In this document: piece after piece, positions 60,901-64,000 of the stretch
How positions within the stretch are numbered: position 1 is the stretch's first letter
Layout of the letters: the number at the start of each line of letters is the position of its first letter
NCBI GenBank assembly: GCA_039208735.1
Contig: JBCCQY010000002.1
Span: 64,001 to 128,000 of the forward strand
Source: Myxococcota bacterium
Lineage (GTDB): Bacteria > Myxococcota_A > UBA796 > GCA-2862545
Direction of reading: 5' to 3'
DNA: 64,000 nucleotides
Notes under the pieces: generated by a model
Told to the model about the DNA's origin: nothing
Databases searched by the model: none
Seen by the model: the letters and a program-made list of their open reading frames with translations, nothing else
Program-made: the position numbers and the translations under genes

Positions 60901-62990
60901 TGGGCCTGGTCGGTCGCCCACGACACAAAGACGGAAAACGGGCGATCCCAGCGCCACAACCATGCCGCCATCGCCGTTCCCACCTGATCGTCCTGACCAA
61001 AGTTCTTGACGGCGCGGGTCTCGAGTTCGTGCCAAAACGCGTCGGTGGATTCGCTGTAGTCCTCCAGAAGCCGGCCAACCGATTCGAGACGATCCCCAGA
61101 CAACAACAGGGCCAAGCATGCCTCGATGCTGGGCTGTGGCTTGCGGTTGTCCAGCGCTTCAACGACCCCGCGGCTGCGCGCGGACAACGCCGGAGCCAAC
61201 GCCGTGGCAAGCTGCTTGGGAGTCGCGGTCTTGATTCGGTTGAGTTCGGCATTGGTAAGACCACGGCCTGGCGAGGCCTCGGCCAACCGGGCCATGGCGA
61301 CCTCGACCGGCGCCAAAACCTCGCGTGCCCATGCCTGAATGCCCGAATGCCCATGGTGTTGCAGGGCTTTGGCCACCTCCTGCTGCAACGCCCAGGGCAG
61401 CGCATCTTCCTTGCGATCCAAGTCGACGAGCCGCTGCAGCGCTGCACCGGACAGATCATCCACCACGGAAGACCCCAGAGCCACCAAGGCCTGCGTCACC
61501 AAGTGATGGACGAACCCACCCGACAACGCCTGCTCCAGCACCGCGGAAAGCGCGGCCACCGTGTTGAACGGAGGGTGGCGAGCCAGCTTCGTGACGTGCC
61601 GCTCGCGGATGGCTCCGTTCCGATCCAGACTGGCGAGAGCGGCAAGAACCTCCCGCAACAATGCATCCTGTTCCGCTTCCCCCCAGTCCGAGGGGCGAGC
61701 TTCGAGCAGCAACAAGGCCTCTTTGGGAAGCCGTACGGCAGCGTGCGCGATGAGGGTCGCGGTGGCGCGTCCATGCTGGTTCAGCACGTCCAACAACAGC
61801 GTTCGGCGAGCGGACTTGTCACGGCGCGTCTGCACCGGTACCGCGAGCAGCCGGCCCCCCGCGTCTGGGTCCTCCACCATCGCGTTGACCAGCGCATCCC
61901 GGCGAAGGTCCGGATGCTGCAGCAGCGTGTCGAACGCGTTGGGCCCCGCCAGCCGGACCAACCCGGTCAGCCCGTCGATCGACACCGCGTCCCAGGGCAC
62001 GTGCTCAAACAGCCCGTCTTGCACCTCGGAGGGGAGACTCCCTTGGACCGCGCGGGCGTAGTGTGGCAACGCGGGCCACAGCCGATCGGGGTGCATCAGA
62101 CGGGCCAGGCCAGGGAACCCCGCCAGAGCCAATGCCAACCCGAGGGGCCACCAATCCAACTTCGAAAGCACCACCACCACACTGATCGCCAGGCGACGTT
62201 CGTGGTCGGTCAGCGCACCGCCCGATGCGACGTCGTGGAGCCACTGTTCCACGATGCTTGTCGCATGTGGATCTTCGGCCATCGCTCCACTGATGATGGT
62301 TCGAACCAACTCATCCAAACTGTCGGACTGGGACCGCCACGCGAGGATTTGCTCGCCCAACGGCTCGTCCTTGGTGGGCGCCGGATTCCGGGTCGCGGAA
62401 AAGACGGTGACGATGGCCTCGAGCTGATGACGCCAATCCAGACTGGCCAAGCAACGGAAGACCAGCCCCGTGGCCAGACCGCCCCGTTTGGTCAGGCGCA
62501 TCAGATCACCGACGCTGCCCGGCTCGAGCCCATGTACGAGCAGGCGGGCCTCGAGCATCGGCCCCACCTCGGGGTCGCCAAGCAACGGCAGCAACGACCA
62601 CTGTGGCATCGCGGCATGGCTCGGCATCGCCTCGAGGGTCTGTTGACGGACATCGGACCGCGGATGGTACAGCCCGTGGACCCACAGCAATCGGTCCATC
62701 CGACCCACCACGGCACACGACCGCATCGCGGCGGCCCGAACCGCGTCCTCCTCATCGTCGAGGGCTCGAACCAGAGCCGTGCGGGCCCCGAGTCCGGTGG
62801 CCCCCTCAAAGGCCGCGAGGGCCGCCACCCGAACGGCCGGCGCATCATGGTCCAACAATGCCTCGACCCGTGCGAAATACGGCCAACGGTCTGAGGCCGA
62901 AAGCTCCGCGAGGGCGTCGAGCCACTCAACCAGCTCATCATCCGACCGTTCCGGGTCGGTGAGGGCGTTCCAACAATCCAAGTCACGCAT
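57915..62990 (-). CDS. Giant HEAT-repeat / HEXXH metallopeptidase-like / vWA protein
   Basis: HEAT motifs (PAVRVAAL, DAVRAAA), IHELGHH...NLVCDEHLE, MIDAS DCSGSM, GNND and ISDG. Start set at ATG 62990. Confidence 0.8.
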   Translation of the reverse strand: MRDLDCWNALTDPERSDDELVEWLDALAELSASDRWPYFARVEALLDHDAPAVRVAALAAFEGATGLGARTALVRALDDEEDAVRAAAMRSCAVVGRMDRLLWVHGLYHPRSDVRQQTLEAMPSHAAMPQWSLLPLLGDPEVGPMLEARLLVHGLEPGSVGDLMRLTKRGGLATGLVFRCLASLDWRHQLEAIVTVFSATRNPAPTKDEPLGEQILAWRSQSDSLDELVRTIISGAMAEDPHATSIVEQWLHDVASGGALTDHERRLAISVVVVLSKLDWWPLGLALALAGFPGLARLMHPDRLWPALPHYARAVQGSLPSEVQDGLFEHVPWDAVSIDGLTGLVRLAGPNAFDTLLQHPDLRRDALVNAMVEDPDAGGRLLAVPVQTRRDKSARRTLLLDVLNQHGRATATLIAHAAVRLPKEALLLLEARPSDWGEAEQDALLREVLAALASLDRNGAIRERHVTKLARHPPFNTVAALSAVLEQALSGGFVHHLVTQALVALGSSVVDDLSGAALQRLVDLDRKEDALPWALQQEVAKALQHHGHSGIQAWAREVLAPVEVAMARLAEASPGRGLTNAELNRIKTATPKQLATALAPALSARSRGVVEALDNRKPQPSIEACLALLLSGDRLESVGRLLEDYSESTDAFWHELETRAVKNFGQDDQVGTAMAAWLWRWDRPFSVFVSWATDQAQDLAAVLARSLELPSTRLRHRLWQAVRHLCGRWRWRVPTTLVEVAHDRFLTIVVRSFDGANATSGSPRAYVASRPDFADVTRQAALILNAMVHLGIDLSAYREPVEARLGELPPRTVAELAAWLGVEPPSGTEEPPGETVEVPQGVESLTDVAVLIDIVQRGERGWAELASLRLLELPEGGRALVHALVETPGRNPAVLCQAVALVSDSDALRLLAETLADPSRPPQVRFHVALALAEGAFLDDVDCVEPAVAAMVAPHTDEARSWLDHARFTRWLAHAPSDRSMELAIALVDSPHFPAYRWAVLLLIEEPDGREIEPLRRFLRHGRNRMAKIRLTAAEALATRGDSLGAPILAARRMEQVRNDTQPFVELAPRGADEVARAGVLAGTDLVPPSALLTAVVASHVPLFERTRAALAILNDCDQEAVQREALNHLDNRHIKQRVVGRLARVVLWGRDQARDLLDRDFGVQLIGGESLGYTRLEQDRVYVNPLPLLRRERNGAAILKGLLIHELGHHLYNASREGLEVWKRAGEKKLQRLHNLVCDEHLERNLRSMKPGYDLVLKRLAAWAFLHTRTDIHVLTLIERLGMSVDRLIATSMGVARTVGCVTIEMGRLFRQLEAEGSSFARFVRALRMGLGNRHGDPLVEKGLALFGKGFRKLDNEGLWKVTLALHELFGDDVNLMDLVDLHETSAGGDGEAIPGGRGVTDEEVQGKADELQRIREKPKGFGEGAAGPDTINVGDETEFDRIETIEVLSHDPVAHARLARDVQRPASQLRAALADLGLATRPVKPRTQGHRIDRGRLVHAALRRDPRILVSRVRMPANDLFVGVCVDCSGSMGGARLERARRFATLMAEACRGLASVDLRTFGFTDSKLFDAGNAMRSAAHALRTEGGNNDAAALHHVATLARRSPRDVKLLVMISDGLPTECTSNALIGLVRRLSREGMACAQVAVAPIREPCFDHYVEVLNDETGDAVRRFGRIVQGLVATTMRARR

Positions 62991-63006
62991 GACGTGCCCT
63001 ATGGGT

Positions 63007-63444
63007 ACACCACGGCGGTCCGATGACGGGGGCATGACCTCGCACCCGGGGAGCCGGACCGGGCCCACCACGCCGTTCGTGAACGGGCGCCACGTAGCCG
63101 TGGCCCCCGATCGCCCGGCGACCCACGAGGGGCCGCAGCGTTGTGTTTCCGATCCTGGGTTGGGAGTGCATCGAAGGAAGCGACAAGCCGAGGACCAAAG
63201 AAGGGCGGATGCATCCGAAGATGTCATCGAGGTGGTTGAAATGCCCTTCGGTCGTGCGCGCAGCCCGCTCCCACCTGAGAAGACTGGATGCTCGCGCACC
63301 TCACCCTGCACCTTCCTGACAACCGGGGAAGGTTCAGAGGCCCATGCGTCGCAAACTCATGGGCTAACTCCACTTGCGACCGAAGCCGCAGCGTTCAGCT
63401 CACGTCGTACGAAGGAAACGTCCGAAACCGGACCGCCGTAGTGT
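63007..63444 (-). ncRNA. Unnamed large structured RNA element (putative 5' leader of the vWA-MoxR operon)
   Basis: 16-bp closing helix with a G-U pair on the minus strand, at least 6 internal stems, two cUUCGg tetraloops and duplicated motifs; no credible CDS. Confidence 0.65.
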
Positions 63445-63564
63445 CAAAGAACCGGGTCGAACCAGGACAGAACCTGAACGACAGCGAGAGGCGCAAAACG
63501 CGCACGACTCATGACGGCTCCAAGAAGGAAAGTGAAGAACGCTCTTTCGAGCTTCTACATTCCT

Positions 63565-63591
63565 ATTATGGGGTCTCTGGATGGGGGTCAA
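63565..63591 (-). promoter_or_regulatory. Possible sigma70-type promoter for the RNA element and operon
   Basis: TTGACC-N15-CATAAT (short spacer), flanked by an inverted repeat CTCTTTC (63542)/GAAAGAG (63594). Confidence 0.35.
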
Positions 63592-63716
63592 TAGAAAGAG
63601 ATCTGCATCACCAGGGCCTTGTCGCGACGTTGCATATCGAACAGCCCGCCCTATTCAGGCTCGACGACCCCTACCTTCCCTAGGATCGCGGTGTTCAGGA
63701 CCCCGAAGGAGGGGCG

Positions 63717-64000
63717 GTGCACGAAACGGCCGCCCGATGCGCAGGCCCCGGGTGGATTTTCGTAACGGATCCAACGACAAGGCCGCCTGCGTCAGGGTTT
63801 CCGACACAGACGGCCAAGGGCCTCAACACGGGCGAAGGTTCTTTATGGCAGGAACTGCACCGGTGGCTGGGCCGCACACCCCACTTGACCATCGTTGTGG
63901 GGAGCGGGAGCGGGTTCGATGCCGAGCGTCGTGCTGCTGCCCAGGACCGAGGCCGCACCGTAGCCCTCGACGCGCCACCCGCCCTCGGCCAACTGTGCGC
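63717..64000 (+). CDS. 3'-truncated hypothetical protein
   Basis: AAGGAGG SD and GTG at 63717; frame open to the window end (MHETAARCAGPGWIFVTDP...). Confidence 0.4.
   Translation, partial: MHETAARCAGPGWIFVTDPTTRPPASGFPTQTAKGLNTGEGSLWQELHRWLGRTPHLTIVVGSGSGFDAERRAAAQDRGRTVALDAPPALGQLC

Noticed and set aside
62991..63311. 107-aa N-terminal extension of the giant vWA protein given by the ORF track
   Set aside because: Composition is not protein-like and it overlaps the structured RNA stems; HEAT-like sequence begins at ATG 62990.
63288..63683. 131-aa plus-strand ORF
   Set aside because: No motifs or clear SD; overlaps the minus-strand structured element and putative promoter.

Overview
GC-rich (about 65% by eye) bacterial chromosomal window, probably Myxococcota. 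This is an inference from the (Asp-Ala)n-linker lipoproteins, PHM-like Cu monooxygenase, A2M, Ser/Thr kinase and bsh genes. About 45 CDSs are supported. They include a bacillithiol operon (bshC-bshB1-bshA), an SSS transporter/DUF2911 pair, several lipoproteins, a TadG-TadE-TadE triplet, fumC, an orphan infC with an apparent leader ORF, A2M, an RNB nuclease, a MetX-like enzyme, a kinase/phosphatase pair, a CoA-transferase pair, monomeric IDH and a Rieske-glutamate-synthase fusion. Two loci stand out. (1) At the right end, a ~440-nt highly structured minus-strand RNA element (16-bp closing helix with a strand-specific G-U pair, two cUUCGg tetraloops, duplicated sequence modules) lies directly upstream of an operon encoding a ~1690-aa HEAT/HEXXH-peptidase/vWA protein and a MoxR-type AAA+ ATPase with an extra N-terminal beta domain. 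(2) A divergent candidate sulfur-oxidation cluster: a SulP-STAS-persulfide dioxygenase in-frame fusion opposite a 4Fe-4S/NrfD fusion, a Tat-less molybdopterin enzyme and a TorD-type chaperone. No rRNA, tRNA, CRISPR array or transposase was recognised. All calls come from motif reading only; no database searches or folding programs were run.
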